A DNA stretch of 64,000 nucleotides from Candidatus Saccharimonadota bacterium (GTDB lineage: Bacteria; Patescibacteriota; Saccharimonadia; Saccharimonadales; UBA10212). Position 1 is the first letter of the stretch. Each line of letters starts with the position of its first letter. Location of the stretch: NCBI GenBank assembly GCA_016187125.1, contig JACPKF010000009.1, forward strand, positions 11,855-75,854. Direction: 5' to 3'. Shown here one piece after another: positions 34,594 to 43,788 of the stretch. The translations under genes and the position numbers were made by a program. Below the pieces are notes generated by a model. It worked only from the letters and a program-made list of their open reading frames with translations. It had not been told where the DNA came from and searched no databases.

Positions 34594-35040
34594 GTGGTTA
34601 GAAACATAGATACTGGTGCTGAGGTCGTAGTTTATCGAGCGCAACACGTCTTGTTAAATGATAAAGGCTGTCTTCGTAGCGGGGCCTACGAATCTGTTCG
34701 ATATGCGAATTCCTTAGTCCAGCGTAACCTAGGCTTAGTATCTTTAATAGCTTCTGATTCACCTTGGAGGGGTGACTATCCTGGTTTTGCCGAACATCCC
34801 GAAATACTTCGTTTGTTTGGCTGGTTAGAAGTAGAAGTGGGGACGGAGGACCGCATCACCTTGCTTGATACCTATGAAAGGACAGCCAAAGCTTTTGACA
34901 AAGAAAATGATCAACTTTTGGTTATAGAAACTAGTCCTGTGGGGATAGAAGCCGCAAGGAAACTGGGATGTTTAGTTTTTGATTCTATTGATTTTTATGA
35001 GATCAATGCCTACATCCGGGATCACGTTAAGCAGTCATAA
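34594..35040 (+). CDS. hypothetical protein
   Basis: 148 aa with a GTG start. The C-terminal IETSPVGIEAARKLGCLVF is faintly HAD-motif-III-like. Confidence 0.4.
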   Translation: MVRNIDTGAEVVVYRAQHVLLNDKGCLRSGAYESVRYANSLVQRNLGLVSLIASDSPWRGDYPGFAEHPEILRLFGWLEVEVGTEDRITLLDTYERTAKAFDKENDQLLVIETSPVGIEAARKLGCLVFDSIDFYEINAYIRDHVKQS

Positions 35041-35054
35041 ACTATAATGATTAG

Positions 35055-35669
35055 GTGAAGATCGCTAAAACTAGCTTACTGAGACGAACCCAATTTGGCA
35101 ATCCGATCTTACGGACTAAGGCGCGGCAGCTGGCTAAGTCTGAAATCTTGTCGCCAGTGATCAAAAAACTGATTACCGACATGCGCTATACTCTGGCTTA
35201 TAAAAAGTATGGCGTCGGTTTGGCGGCGCCACAAATCGGGCAGGGCGTTGCTCTTTGTATTATAGAAATCAAGCCGACTAAGCTCCGGCCAAAACTGCCT
35301 AAATCAAAATGGGCTAGTCTGATAGTAGTTAACCCAAAGATTGTTAAAGTTTACGGTCGCCGCCAGCAAGTTTACGAAGGCTGTATAAGCTTTGCCGAAG
35401 TCTTTGCTAAGGTGCCGCGCCACAAAAAAATCCGAGTAAAATATTTGAACGAAAAAGCCGCCACTCACCAGAAAGATTTTAAGGGATTAGTAGCCCAGGT
35501 ACTTCAACACGAGATTGATCATTTAAATGGTATTTTATTTGTAGACAAAGTTAAAGATACTAGTTCATACATGACAGCCGCCGAATATAAAAAGCGTATA
35601 GTTAAAAACAAAAAACAATCAACAAAAAACAAAAAACAAAATACAATTAGCGCAGACAATGATAAGTGA
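35055..35669 (+). CDS. def: peptide deformylase with Lys/Asn/Gln-rich tail
   Basis: GVGLAAPQIG, EGCIS and QHEIDHLNG motifs. The tail is encoded by a heptamer tract (35604-35645). Confidence 0.9.
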   Translation: MKIAKTSLLRRTQFGNPILRTKARQLAKSEILSPVIKKLITDMRYTLAYKKYGVGLAAPQIGQGVALCIIEIKPTKLRPKLPKSKWASLIVVNPKIVKVYGRRQQVYEGCISFAEVFAKVPRHKKIRVKYLNEKAATHQKDFKGLVAQVLQHEIDHLNGILFVDKVKDTSSYMTAAEYKKRIVKNKKQSTKNKKQNTISADNDK

Positions 35670-36252
35670 CAAATTTGTAATTCTTGGAGCAACCCTACAT
35701 CTTATTGGCTCCTCGACATATATCCTTCACACAATTCAAGGCAAAACTAAACCAAACCGCGTCAGTTGGTTCATGTGGGCCTTTGCAGCTTTTGTCGCTT
35801 TTGGGGCTGAACTTCATGAGGGTGTAGGCTTACAAGCTTTGATGACTTTTATGGTTGGTTTCAGTCCCTTTCTAATCTTTCTGGCCTCGTTCGTTAACCG
35901 AAGAGCATACTGGAAGATAACTAAGTTTGACATAATCTGCGGTGTACTATCATTACTGGGCTTATTGCTTTGGTTTGTCACAAAGGAGGGAAGTGCTGCA
36001 ATCGCGTTTGCTATTGCCGGGGATACTTTTGCCGGCATCCCTACCTTTAAAAAGGCTTTTAGCCATCCTGAAACGGAAAGCTACTTTCTCTTTTTGATGA
36101 CTGCAATCTACGCTGGTATAACTCTGCTGACAATAGAACATTGGGACTTTGCTACCTATGCTTTTCCGATTTACATTTTTGTAGCAACTATTTACTTATT
36201 TGTGACAGTTAAATTCAGGCTTGGCCCTAGGTTAATGAGGCATACACTATGA
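35659..36252 (+). CDS. hypothetical polytopic membrane protein
   Basis: 197 aa with ~6 hydrophobic helices; no family recognised. Confidence 0.5.
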   Translation: MISDKFVILGATLHLIGSSTYILHTIQGKTKPNRVSWFMWAFAAFVAFGAELHEGVGLQALMTFMVGFSPFLIFLASFVNRRAYWKITKFDIICGVLSLLGLLLWFVTKEGSAAIAFAIAGDTFAGIPTFKKAFSHPETESYFLFLMTAIYAGITLLTIEHWDFATYAFPIYIFVATIYLFVTVKFRLGPRLMRHTL

Positions 36253-36815
36253 GTAAAGTTGGTATTTTCTCCGGGACTTTTGACCCGATTCATATTGGAC
36301 ATATTGCTTTTGCCCTCCGGGCTATCGAAAAAGCCCAGCTAGATAAAGTTGTCTTTTTACCGGAACATGAGCCGCGCCACAAAAGAAAAGTCACCGACTT
36401 TGAGCACCGCATAAATATGCTGAAGATTACAGCAAAATCATTTGAGTTTCTGGAAGTTTTGGAGTTACCAGATTTATATTTCACGGTTGAGCAAACGTTG
36501 CCTGAGCTGCAAAAACATTTTCCCAACGCAAAAATTTCACTATTACTAGGTTCTGATGTAGCAAAAAAAATTCCTGACTGGCCCGGCGTAGCAAGGCTAG
36601 TAGGGAACGTGAGTTTAATAATCGGTCTGCGTCAAAATGATAGCCAAGAAGGCTTACAAAAGCTGTTGGCAGGGATTGAGCCATCATCCAATATTATGTT
36701 TATCAAAACCCGCTACCCAGAAATTACAGCCACCCAGGCTCGTAAAAAACCAGCAGATCAATTAGATCCTAGTGTAGCAGCTTATATAAGGAGCCATAAA
36801 CTCTACGCCGATTAG
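36249..36815 (+). CDS. nadD: nicotinate-nucleotide adenylyltransferase
   Basis: GIFSGTFDPIHIGHI (HxGH) motif; 188 aa. Confidence 0.85.
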   Translation: MSKVGIFSGTFDPIHIGHIAFALRAIEKAQLDKVVFLPEHEPRHKRKVTDFEHRINMLKITAKSFEFLEVLELPDLYFTVEQTLPELQKHFPNAKISLLLGSDVAKKIPDWPGVARLVGNVSLIIGLRQNDSQEGLQKLLAGIEPSSNIMFIKTRYPEITATQARKKPADQLDPSVAAYIRSHKLYAD

Positions 36816-36993
36816 TATCTGACTCTCAAAACATAACTTATTAGACAATATTTCTGCCATTTACAAGGAGGCTCCTTGTAAACAACATCTTGCACAACAA
36901 TCTTTATAATCGAGGATACTAGAGAGTTGACTCAAATAACCTTGAAGAAAGTTACTAAATCAGCGATAGTATATGCAGCAGGAGTAAAAGCCG

Positions 36994-37929
36994 ATGCACC
37001 ATATCTTATCCTCGGATCAGTTCAGCACGAAAGAGATAGAAAAAATATTTGCTCTGTCGGACGAATTTAAAAAGCAACTAGCGGATCCCGGCTCTCGCAA
37101 GAAATTAACTCAACTTTATCAAGGTCGCCAAATGGCGACTCTTTTTTATCAGCCTTCTACGCGGACGCGTTTAAGTTTTGAAACAGCGGCGCTGAAACTT
37201 GGCATGGGTGTGGTTAGTACTGAAGACGCTTTGAGTTTTTCCTCGGCCGCCAAAGGTGAAAGCCTGGAAGATACCATCAAAGTCATTAATGGCTACTACC
37301 CCGACATAATTATTCTGAGACATCACGAGACAGGCGGGGCTAAGCGGGCAGCAGCTGTGAGCAACGTGCCGATAATTAATGCCGGAGACGGTCGTTCTGG
37401 CGAACACCCAACGCAGTCTTTGCTTGACGCTTATACTATCAAGACCAACTATGGCCGGCTGGATAATTTAAAAGTTGTTATGGGCGGCGATTTATTACAA
37501 AGCCGATGTGTCCGCTCACTAGTTTATATATTATCTAAATATAAAAACAATCATATAACCTTCGTGTCAATTCCCGAGTTTCAAATAGGTAATGACGTAA
37601 AAACTACTCTCCGCCGAACCAAAACTAGCTTTGACCAAACCGATAATATGAGAAAAGCCTTTGCCGGTGCCAACGTAATCTATTGGACCCGGCTCCAGGC
37701 TGAATATCTTAAGGGTAAGAAAGCGGCAGTTGCCGGGGGGTTTACGATAGATAAAAGCAGTCTAAAACTGCTGCAAAAGAGAGCTATTATTATGCATCCG
37801 TTGCCTCGGGTGGGAGAAATAAGTCCGGAAATTGACAATGATCCGCGGGCTAAGTATTTTGAACAAGCTGGCAATGGACTTTACATCCGAATGGCGCTGA
37901 TTGATCAGATTCTAAAAAACCGCAAATGA
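36994..37929 (+). CDS. pyrB: aspartate carbamoyltransferase catalytic subunit
   Basis: STRTRLSFE, HPTQ and HPLPR motifs. Confidence 0.93.
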   Translation: MHHILSSDQFSTKEIEKIFALSDEFKKQLADPGSRKKLTQLYQGRQMATLFYQPSTRTRLSFETAALKLGMGVVSTEDALSFSSAAKGESLEDTIKVINGYYPDIIILRHHETGGAKRAAAVSNVPIINAGDGRSGEHPTQSLLDAYTIKTNYGRLDNLKVVMGGDLLQSRCVRSLVYILSKYKNNHITFVSIPEFQIGNDVKTTLRRTKTSFDQTDNMRKAFAGANVIYWTRLQAEYLKGKKAAVAGGFTIDKSSLKLLQKRAIIMHPLPRVGEISPEIDNDPRAKYFEQAGNGLYIRMALIDQILKNRK

Positions 37930-39068
37930 GTGATCCTCAAATTATTACAGTCCCTGGCGCGGTAGATCTGCACGTACACCTGCGCGAACCCAGCACCAAT
38001 AAAGCCGAAACAATCAGCTCGGGCACAAAAGCTGCACTCCTAGGTGGTTTTGTCGCGATCTGCGACATGCCCAATAACCCCGGCAGTCCGACTTGGACGC
38101 TTGATAGGCTGCAAGCTAAGCAAAAAATAATCGAAGAAAAAGCCTATATTCCAGTAGCTACCTATGCCGGCTCCCAGCCAGAGTCAGATAATATTGATGA
38201 ATTAGAAAAAATGGCGGTTAGCGCGATCGGACTTAAATTATACGGCGGAACGACCACTGGCAATGACAAGGATTACAGCCCTGCCGATTTCTTAACGATA
38301 CTTAAAAAATGGAAACAAGTAGCGCCAAATAAACCAATCATGCTGCATTCAGGCAAGGATAATTTAGAGGAATTTATTAAGCTGATAGTAGCGAACAGTG
38401 GCCAGCGGCTGCACGTCTGTCATGTCAACAGTCCAGATGACGTGCACATAATCAGCAAATACAAGAAACATAGTTTGCCTATAACCTGCGGTGTTTGCCC
38501 GCACCATCTTTTTATGGCTAGCCACGATGTAAAAAGCCGCGGCTGGTTTGCCCGGATGAAGCCGCCGCTGATCAGCCAGGACAAGGCCGAAGAACTCTTA
38601 GAAATGCTGGCCAGCGGTCAAATAGATATCGTGGAAACCGACCACGCGCCTCATTCAATTGAAAGTAAGATGGCTACCGGAGAAGAGAATCCTGAGGGCA
38701 TAGATAATCCTAGCCACAAAACTTGCTACGGCGTTCCAGGTTTGGAATTTGCCTTGCCGTTGCTTTTTTATCAAATGAGGCAAGGCCGTTTGACATTAGA
38801 GAGAATAATTGACGCCACATCGACCAAACCGGCCAAGATAATCGGCCTTAAAATTTCTGGAAGGACAAAAGTCACTTGGCAACTAAAAGATTATCGGATT
38901 AATAATGAAAAAACCCAGACCTTATCTGGCTCCGGCTGGACGCCGTACCTGGGTATGCTGGCCAGTGGTAAGGTTAAGGAGGTCACAATTGGCGGCAAAA
39001 CATTAGTAAGGGGTGGCAAAATAACCAGTAAATATCCCAAAGTCATAAACGCCGGCGACGAAATCTAA
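37926..39068 (+). CDS. pyrC: dihydroorotase-like amidohydrolase
   Basis: DLHVHLREP and VETDHAPH motifs. Overlaps the pyrB stop. Confidence 0.85.
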   Translation: MSDPQIITVPGAVDLHVHLREPSTNKAETISSGTKAALLGGFVAICDMPNNPGSPTWTLDRLQAKQKIIEEKAYIPVATYAGSQPESDNIDELEKMAVSAIGLKLYGGTTTGNDKDYSPADFLTILKKWKQVAPNKPIMLHSGKDNLEEFIKLIVANSGQRLHVCHVNSPDDVHIISKYKKHSLPITCGVCPHHLFMASHDVKSRGWFARMKPPLISQDKAEELLEMLASGQIDIVETDHAPHSIESKMATGEENPEGIDNPSHKTCYGVPGLEFALPLLFYQMRQGRLTLERIIDATSTKPAKIIGLKISGRTKVTWQLKDYRINNEKTQTLSGSGWTPYLGMLASGKVKEVTIGGKTLVRGGKITSKYPKVINAGDEI

Positions 39069-39078
39069 AAATCCAAGG

Positions 39079-39095
39079 GCTCACTACTGGGTTTG
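39079..39095. repeat. solo right arm of family A
   Basis: GCTCACTACTGGGTTTG is identical to 17080-17096. Confidence 0.7.
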
Positions 39096-39361
39096 TTACA
39101 ATAAGATTTTACCCGCCGAAACTTCTCACCGTTAGTATGTTACGCCATAGAGCTAAAAACGCCTATTCTAGCCAAATTTACAAATACCTGAGACAATCAT
39201 TCCATAATATGGTGAAAAAAGGTGTGTTTTACCCACCGAAACTTTCTATCACAAAATGTATGGATATTACGCATAAATGAAGAAAACTAACTATTCCGGA
39301 AGCTATCTTTCATACCTGATCAAATCGCTACATAATAAGATAGAAAGTTTAGGTGGGTGAA

Positions 39362-40639
39362 ATGCCAGAAGATACTAAAAAAACATTTCCTAAAGATTTT
39401 TTGTGGGGCGCCAGTACCTCAGCTCATCAGGTCGAGGGCGGCAACCATAACGACTGGACAGTTTGGGAACGGGCTTACGCTGCGGAGCTGGCCAAAAGCG
39501 CCGCCAGCCGCTTGAGCCATATTCCGCTGTGGCCGGAAATTAAAACTCGCGCCCAAGATCCCGATAACTACATTAGCGGGCGGGGTGTTGAGCATTATAA
39601 GCGCTTTGAAGAGGATTTTGATATTGCCAAGAATCTGAATTTTAACGCCTTCCGCTTTGGTATTGAGTGGTCGCGGATCGAGCCTGAGGAAGGGCAGTGG
39701 GACCAGGAGGCTCTAGATCATTACCGCCGCTACATTGAGCAACTTAAAAAACGCGGCCTAGAGCCAGTTGTTAATCTCTGGCACTACAGCTTGCCGGTCT
39801 GGTTTGCTAAAAAAGGCGGCTTTAAACATCGAAAAAATCTGCGTTATTTTGACCGGTATGTGGGACTTATCGCCAAAGAATATGGCCATTTATTAACCCA
39901 CGTTATTACTATCAATGAACCAAATGTTTATGCAACCTTTGGCTACTTAACTAGAGAGCGATTAACAGTTCAGTGGCCGCCCCAGGAAAAAAACGCCGTC
40001 AGTTTTGGGCGTGTTTATTGGAACCTGACACAAGCCCACCGGCGGGCTTATAAAATTCTTAAAGCAGCCCATCCCAAACTGCAGGTTGGGATTGCCGACC
40101 AGTTGGCCAATATTCAGGCTAAACGGCCGCATAACCAGTTAGACGAGCTAACTACTAAAAGCATGCGCTATTTTTGGAACTGGTGGTTTTTGCAGCGTAT
40201 CCGTAAAGAGCAGGATTTTGTGGGTTTTAATTATTACTTTACTGATTACTATACCAAACTGGGCCAGCTTCAAAACCCCAAACTGCCGCTTAATGACTTG
40301 GGTTGGTATATGGAGCCGGAAGGCCTATACCCACTACTTCTACGAGTTTGGGCTCGTTATAAAAGACCAATCATTGTGGCCGAAAACGGGGTAGCCGATG
40401 CTCATGACCAGTATCGCCGCTGGTGGATAGAGGAAACTATCGTGGCTATGGAGAGGGCTATTAGCGAAGGTGTTGATGTTCGAGGCTATTTTCACTGGAG
40501 CCTGCTTGATAATTTTGAGTGGGCTTATGGTTGGTGGCCAAAATTTGGTTTGGTGGCGGTTGACCGTGAGAACGGTATGAAACGGACCGTTCGGGCCAGC
40601 GCTAAGTGGTTCGGAGAAAAAATCGGGAAAATTTCATAA
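39362..40639 (+). CDS. GH1 beta-glucosidase
   Basis: Catalytic NEP (ITINEPN) and ENG (VAENGVAD) motifs. AGGTGG RBS precedes ATG 39362. Confidence 0.88.
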   Translation: MPEDTKKTFPKDFLWGASTSAHQVEGGNHNDWTVWERAYAAELAKSAASRLSHIPLWPEIKTRAQDPDNYISGRGVEHYKRFEEDFDIAKNLNFNAFRFGIEWSRIEPEEGQWDQEALDHYRRYIEQLKKRGLEPVVNLWHYSLPVWFAKKGGFKHRKNLRYFDRYVGLIAKEYGHLLTHVITINEPNVYATFGYLTRERLTVQWPPQEKNAVSFGRVYWNLTQAHRRAYKILKAAHPKLQVGIADQLANIQAKRPHNQLDELTTKSMRYFWNWWFLQRIRKEQDFVGFNYYFTDYYTKLGQLQNPKLPLNDLGWYMEPEGLYPLLLRVWARYKRPIIVAENGVADAHDQYRRWWIEETIVAMERAISEGVDVRGYFHWSLLDNFEWAYGWWPKFGLVAVDRENGMKRTVRASAKWFGEKIGKIS

Positions 40640-40646
40640 ACTAAGC

Positions 40647-40943
40647 TTGACCTTTTTAACAGATTGTGCTAGTATTGACTACGTTATGGCAGATATTTTT
40701 GAAACAAATCCTAATATACCCCCAGATCAGGGGTTGGACCGTTTCTTGACTGATTTTGATACTCGTTTCGCGAAGTATTCGACTCGACTGCGACAAGAAC
40801 GAGAGTCAACTAGCCGCCCACGATCGCACCGCGTAAATGGCGCGGGACCTGTAATAGGGGCAGGCACTTTAGTCGTAGTGTCGCATGCTTTGGGGGCTCT
40901 TAGCGATCCCGAATTACCTGGTAATGGTCCAGTTGCTTCCTAA
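40647..40943 (+). CDS. hypothetical small protein
   Basis: ORF only. The start is uncertain (ATG at 40686 possible). Followed by the terminator at 41026-41055. Confidence 0.35.
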   Translation: MTFLTDCASIDYVMADIFETNPNIPPDQGLDRFLTDFDTRFAKYSTRLRQERESTSRPRSHRVNGAGPVIGAGTLVVVSHALGALSDPELPGNGPVAS

Positions 40944-41025
40944 GGAATAAACTCATAGCGCTCTAGGCGACAGACTTGGCGCTACATATTGCGCATAAGT
41001 AGCATAATCTGAAAAAACTGTGGAT

Positions 41026-41055
41026 AAGTGGTTCGTAAACGGACCACTTCTTTTT
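41026..41055 (+). terminator. rho-independent terminator
   Basis: AAGTGGTTCG-TAAA-CGGACCACTT followed by CTTTTT. A TGTGGATAA 9-mer overlaps its 5' side (41019-41027). Confidence 0.7.
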
Positions 41056-41070
41056 ATAAAGTGCTTGCGT

Positions 41071-41118
41071 GTGGGTAAGAGTGGGTAGTACACTCAGCTC
41101 AGTGGGTAAATGTGGGTA
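41071..41118 (+). promoter_or_regulatory. four GTGGGTA direct repeats upstream of mraZ (MraZ-box-like)
   Basis: GTGGGTA at 41071, 41081, 41102 and 41112 (spacing 10, 21 and 10 nt). Confidence 0.6.
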
Positions 41119-41196
41119 GCCAATCCGCCATCCGCCATCCGGCGGAGTCGGAAGCTCCTCACCAAAAAATAAAAACCACTATTTAAAAGAAAGACT

Positions 41197-41556
41197 ATGG
41201 GAGACTACTTCGAAAGAAAACTCGACGACAAAAGACGGCTGAGCATTCCGGCCGAACTTCGCGACGAGTTTGCTAGCGGAGTGGTAATAACCCGTGGTTT
41301 TAAAAACTATTTACACGTCTATCCTAAATCGGTCTGGGACGATCTGGTCGAGCCGGCTCTTCAAGGTAATATTCTTGATGAGCCAACAGCCGACAAGAAC
41401 GTTAGGTTTAGGATGGGGAAGGTCGAGAGCGAAATCGACGCCAAACAGGGCAGGATCACGCTGGATCAGCACTTGCTGGATCATGCCGGCATCAACCGCG
41501 ACGTTGTGGCGATTCGGGCTGGTAAGTATTGGCGCCTGATGGCAAAGCCGTCTTAA
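41197..41556 (+). CDS. mraZ: transcriptional regulator MraZ (short form)
   Basis: Two DxxxR-type motifs (LDDKRRLSIP, DAKQGRITL); first gene of the dcw cluster. Confidence 0.85.
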   Translation: MGDYFERKLDDKRRLSIPAELRDEFASGVVITRGFKNYLHVYPKSVWDDLVEPALQGNILDEPTADKNVRFRMGKVESEIDAKQGRITLDQHLLDHAGINRDVVAIRAGKYWRLMAKPS

Positions 41557-41591
41557 GTAAATAGACTTCGTACTTTAAAAATTAGCGGCAA

Positions 41592-41660
41592 GCCCAGCAG
41601 TAAGATCTCGCAATATTCGCTATCGCGAATATTTGAGGAAGACGCGAGCTCTACAGCTGG
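41592..41660. repeat. diverged family A-like nested palindrome
   Basis: Arms GCCCAGCAGTAAGATCTCGC / GCGAGCTCTACAGCTGG around the inner hairpin AATATTCGC-TATC-GCGAATATT. Confidence 0.65.
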
Positions 41661-41943
41661 ATAAATAAATTAGAGAACCAACATGAGTTACGCATCTGAT
41701 TTCCTCGGTTATCGGGAAGAGCAGGAGCGGTCCGCCGTAGGCGGATTCGGATTCATTCCGAAAGCGACGATGGGAAACTCCGAAGGGGTGTCCCATTACC
41801 CTCAAGGTTAGCTAATTGGCAGTCAGCCGGTGGGTAATTAGGGTAACATCGTTAACAACACCCTTGTTCATTTTTCAATGTAACACCTCCCAAAACTCCA
41901 CCTCACAAAGTCTCTCACAAGAACTTTAGGAGCCTAGCAGCAA

Positions 41944-42133
41944 GTCCCACCCAATTTGCCTAGCAAATTGGGGAACCCAAATTCATAAATTTGGGTGGGA
42001 CGCGCTCTGAGCTCCACATAAAAACAAAAAACCCCAAAAACAAAAAGCTGGCTGCTAATTAGGTGACCTTGTTCACCCCCACCCAAATTTATGAATTTGG
42101 GTTCCCCAATTTACTCAAGTAAATTGGGTGGGG
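41944..42133. repeat. composite element: two 58-nt CCCACCCAATTT-type modules in inverted orientation around a 74-nt core
   Basis: 41944-42001 is the reverse complement of 42076-42133 except for one hairpin loop. Each module holds two hairpins. Confidence 0.85.
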
Positions 42134-42239
42134 CAAAAAACAAAAACACCAAAAACACCCCACACCTTTTCACGAAGTTTCGTAATCCGCCGCAGGCGGA
42201 CTACTTCACTCAGAAAAGGTAAGGGGCAAGAAAAAAAAG

Positions 42240-43115
42240 ATGGTTGAAGAACCTCAACATGTTCCAGTGTTGCTTGAGTGTGTACTTAAGTATCTTGACC
42301 CGAAGCCAGGAGAATCATATCTGGATCTGACGGCAGGTTACGGCGGACATGCCAGCGCCATGCTGGAAAGAACCTTAAATAGTCGAGCAGTACTCGTTGA
42401 CCGCGACGGGCAGGCGATTGCATATTTGCGCAGGCATTTTAAAGATGCTGAAATTTTACACAGTGATTTTTTGTCTGCCGCCCAGAAACTGGTAGAGCAG
42501 GGGGAACGTTTCGACATGATCCTGGCTGATCTGGGAGTAAGTTCATATCAGCTTGGTAGAGCCGATCGTGGCTTTTCAATCAAACTCTCCGGCCCGCTGG
42601 ATATGAGAATGGACCCCACTCAGCACTTAAGCGCTGATCGAGTCGTTAACGAGTGGGACGAAAAAAGCTTGGCTATTATTTTTCGCGACTACGGGCAGGA
42701 ACCAAAAGCCCGAACTATCGCCCGGAAAATAATAACCAACCGTCCAATCAACACAACCGATAAACTTGCCGCAATTGTCGCTAGTGCTTGGCAAGGAAGA
42801 AGCAGGACTCATCCCGCTACTCGAACATTCCAGGCAATCAGAATAGCCGTCAACGAGGAACTGACTCAACTGGAGCGCAGTCTGCCACTTCTTATAAGGT
42901 TGTTGGTTCCAGGTGGACGCTTGGCTGTTATCAGCTTTCACAGTCTGGAAGATCGGATAATCAAGAGCTTTTTTGCCGAACACGCAGCCGATACTTACGA
43001 CAGCGAGCTTAAGCTTCTGACTAAAAAACCGCTGAGGGCTAGCGACCAAGAAATAGCTTTTAATCCACGAGCTCGGAGTGCCAAGCTCCGAGCCGCAGCA
43101 AAAATAAAAAAATAG
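42240..43115 (+). CDS. rsmH: 16S rRNA (cytosine1402-N4)-methyltransferase
   Basis: HVPVLL N-terminus, LDLTAGYGGHA, DLGVSSYQL and a C-terminal NPRARSAKLR. Confidence 0.93.
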   Translation: MVEEPQHVPVLLECVLKYLDPKPGESYLDLTAGYGGHASAMLERTLNSRAVLVDRDGQAIAYLRRHFKDAEILHSDFLSAAQKLVEQGERFDMILADLGVSSYQLGRADRGFSIKLSGPLDMRMDPTQHLSADRVVNEWDEKSLAIIFRDYGQEPKARTIARKIITNRPINTTDKLAAIVASAWQGRSRTHPATRTFQAIRIAVNEELTQLERSLPLLIRLLVPGGRLAVISFHSLEDRIIKSFFAEHAADTYDSELKLLTKKPLRASDQEIAFNPRARSAKLRAAAKIKK

Positions 43116-43219
43116 AAAGGAACTGTAAAAAAACTCATGCCGATTAAGGTAAAGAGTCAATCCCGGTCTTATAAGGTTCCAGTTAGGATCGTTCACTAAC
43201 GGAGAAAGAGGACCGGTAC

Positions 43220-43250
43220 CCCACCCAATTTTGTAAAAAAATTGGGTGGG
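43220..43250. repeat. CCCACCCAATTT-family hairpin
   Basis: CCCACCCAATTTT-GTAAA-AAAATTGGGTGGG, a 13-bp perfect stem. Confidence 0.85.
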
Positions 43251-43298
43251 AGCCAAAACCCTAAGGGGTAGGCAAAAATAAAAAGAAAAAGAAAAAAT

Positions 43299-43646
43299 AT
43301 GACATATTCAAGCTCAGTATCATACGCTCGTCGAGGTTACGGTCGTCGTAATCAAAACGCTGTATCGCTTATGGCTACCACCAAAAGTCTTGGGCCGGTG
43401 AGCAACACAATCATCCTGATTGTTTTAGCTTGCCTAATAGGTTTGCTATACCTTACACAGGTCACCAAGACTAACAGTTACGGCTATACTATTAATGGCT
43501 TGCAAAAGCAACAAAAAGATCTGCAGCGCCAGAAGGCTGATTTAGAGATTAGCTCAGCTAGACTGCAATCACTTGAGCGCGTAGTCAATAGCAACGCTGC
43601 CAAGAGTTTAGTCTCGGTTGCGCCCTTAGGTACTATTTCCCAATAG
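43299..43646 (+). CDS. ftsL: FtsL-like bitopic division protein
   Basis: 115 aa with one TM helix then a coiled coil, located between rsmH and ftsI. Confidence 0.65.
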   Translation: MTYSSSVSYARRGYGRRNQNAVSLMATTKSLGPVSNTIILIVLACLIGLLYLTQVTKTNSYGYTINGLQKQQKDLQRQKADLEISSARLQSLERVVNSNAAKSLVSVAPLGTISQ

Positions 43647-43678
43647 TAGATTTTCCGAGCTGAAAATCTACTGTTGGG
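43639..43678. repeat. family A-like hairpin overlapping the ftsL stop
   Basis: CCCAATAGTAGATTTT-8 nt-AAAATCTACTGTTGGG. The arms resemble the family A arm CCCAGTAGTAGACTTT. Confidence 0.7.
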
Positions 43679-43788
43679 CAAGAGCTCCCAGGAACCTAAA
43701 ATTTATTAATGAATCCCGCTGCAAGTAAGTATTTTATAAAAGATAAAATCTGCCAATCCAATGGCAGTGGACCAGGACTTCTAACGGG

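Noticed and set aside
41019-41027. oriC, inferred from three perfect TGTGGATAA DnaA-box 9-mers (41019, 51550, 55617)
   Set aside because: There is no dnaA or dnaN nearby, and the boxes are dispersed rather than clustered. Gene orientation converges rather than diverges around 50-52 kb, which fits a terminus. The observation is kept only as part of the 51-kb finding.
42627-43256. 209-aa antisense ORF opposite rsmH, and other long antisense track ORFs (for example 6621-7049, 8282-8695, 29414-29839, 54781-55191)
   Set aside because: Each lies fully opposite a gene with strong family motifs. They have low-complexity or odd composition and no start signals, so they are typical shadow ORFs.
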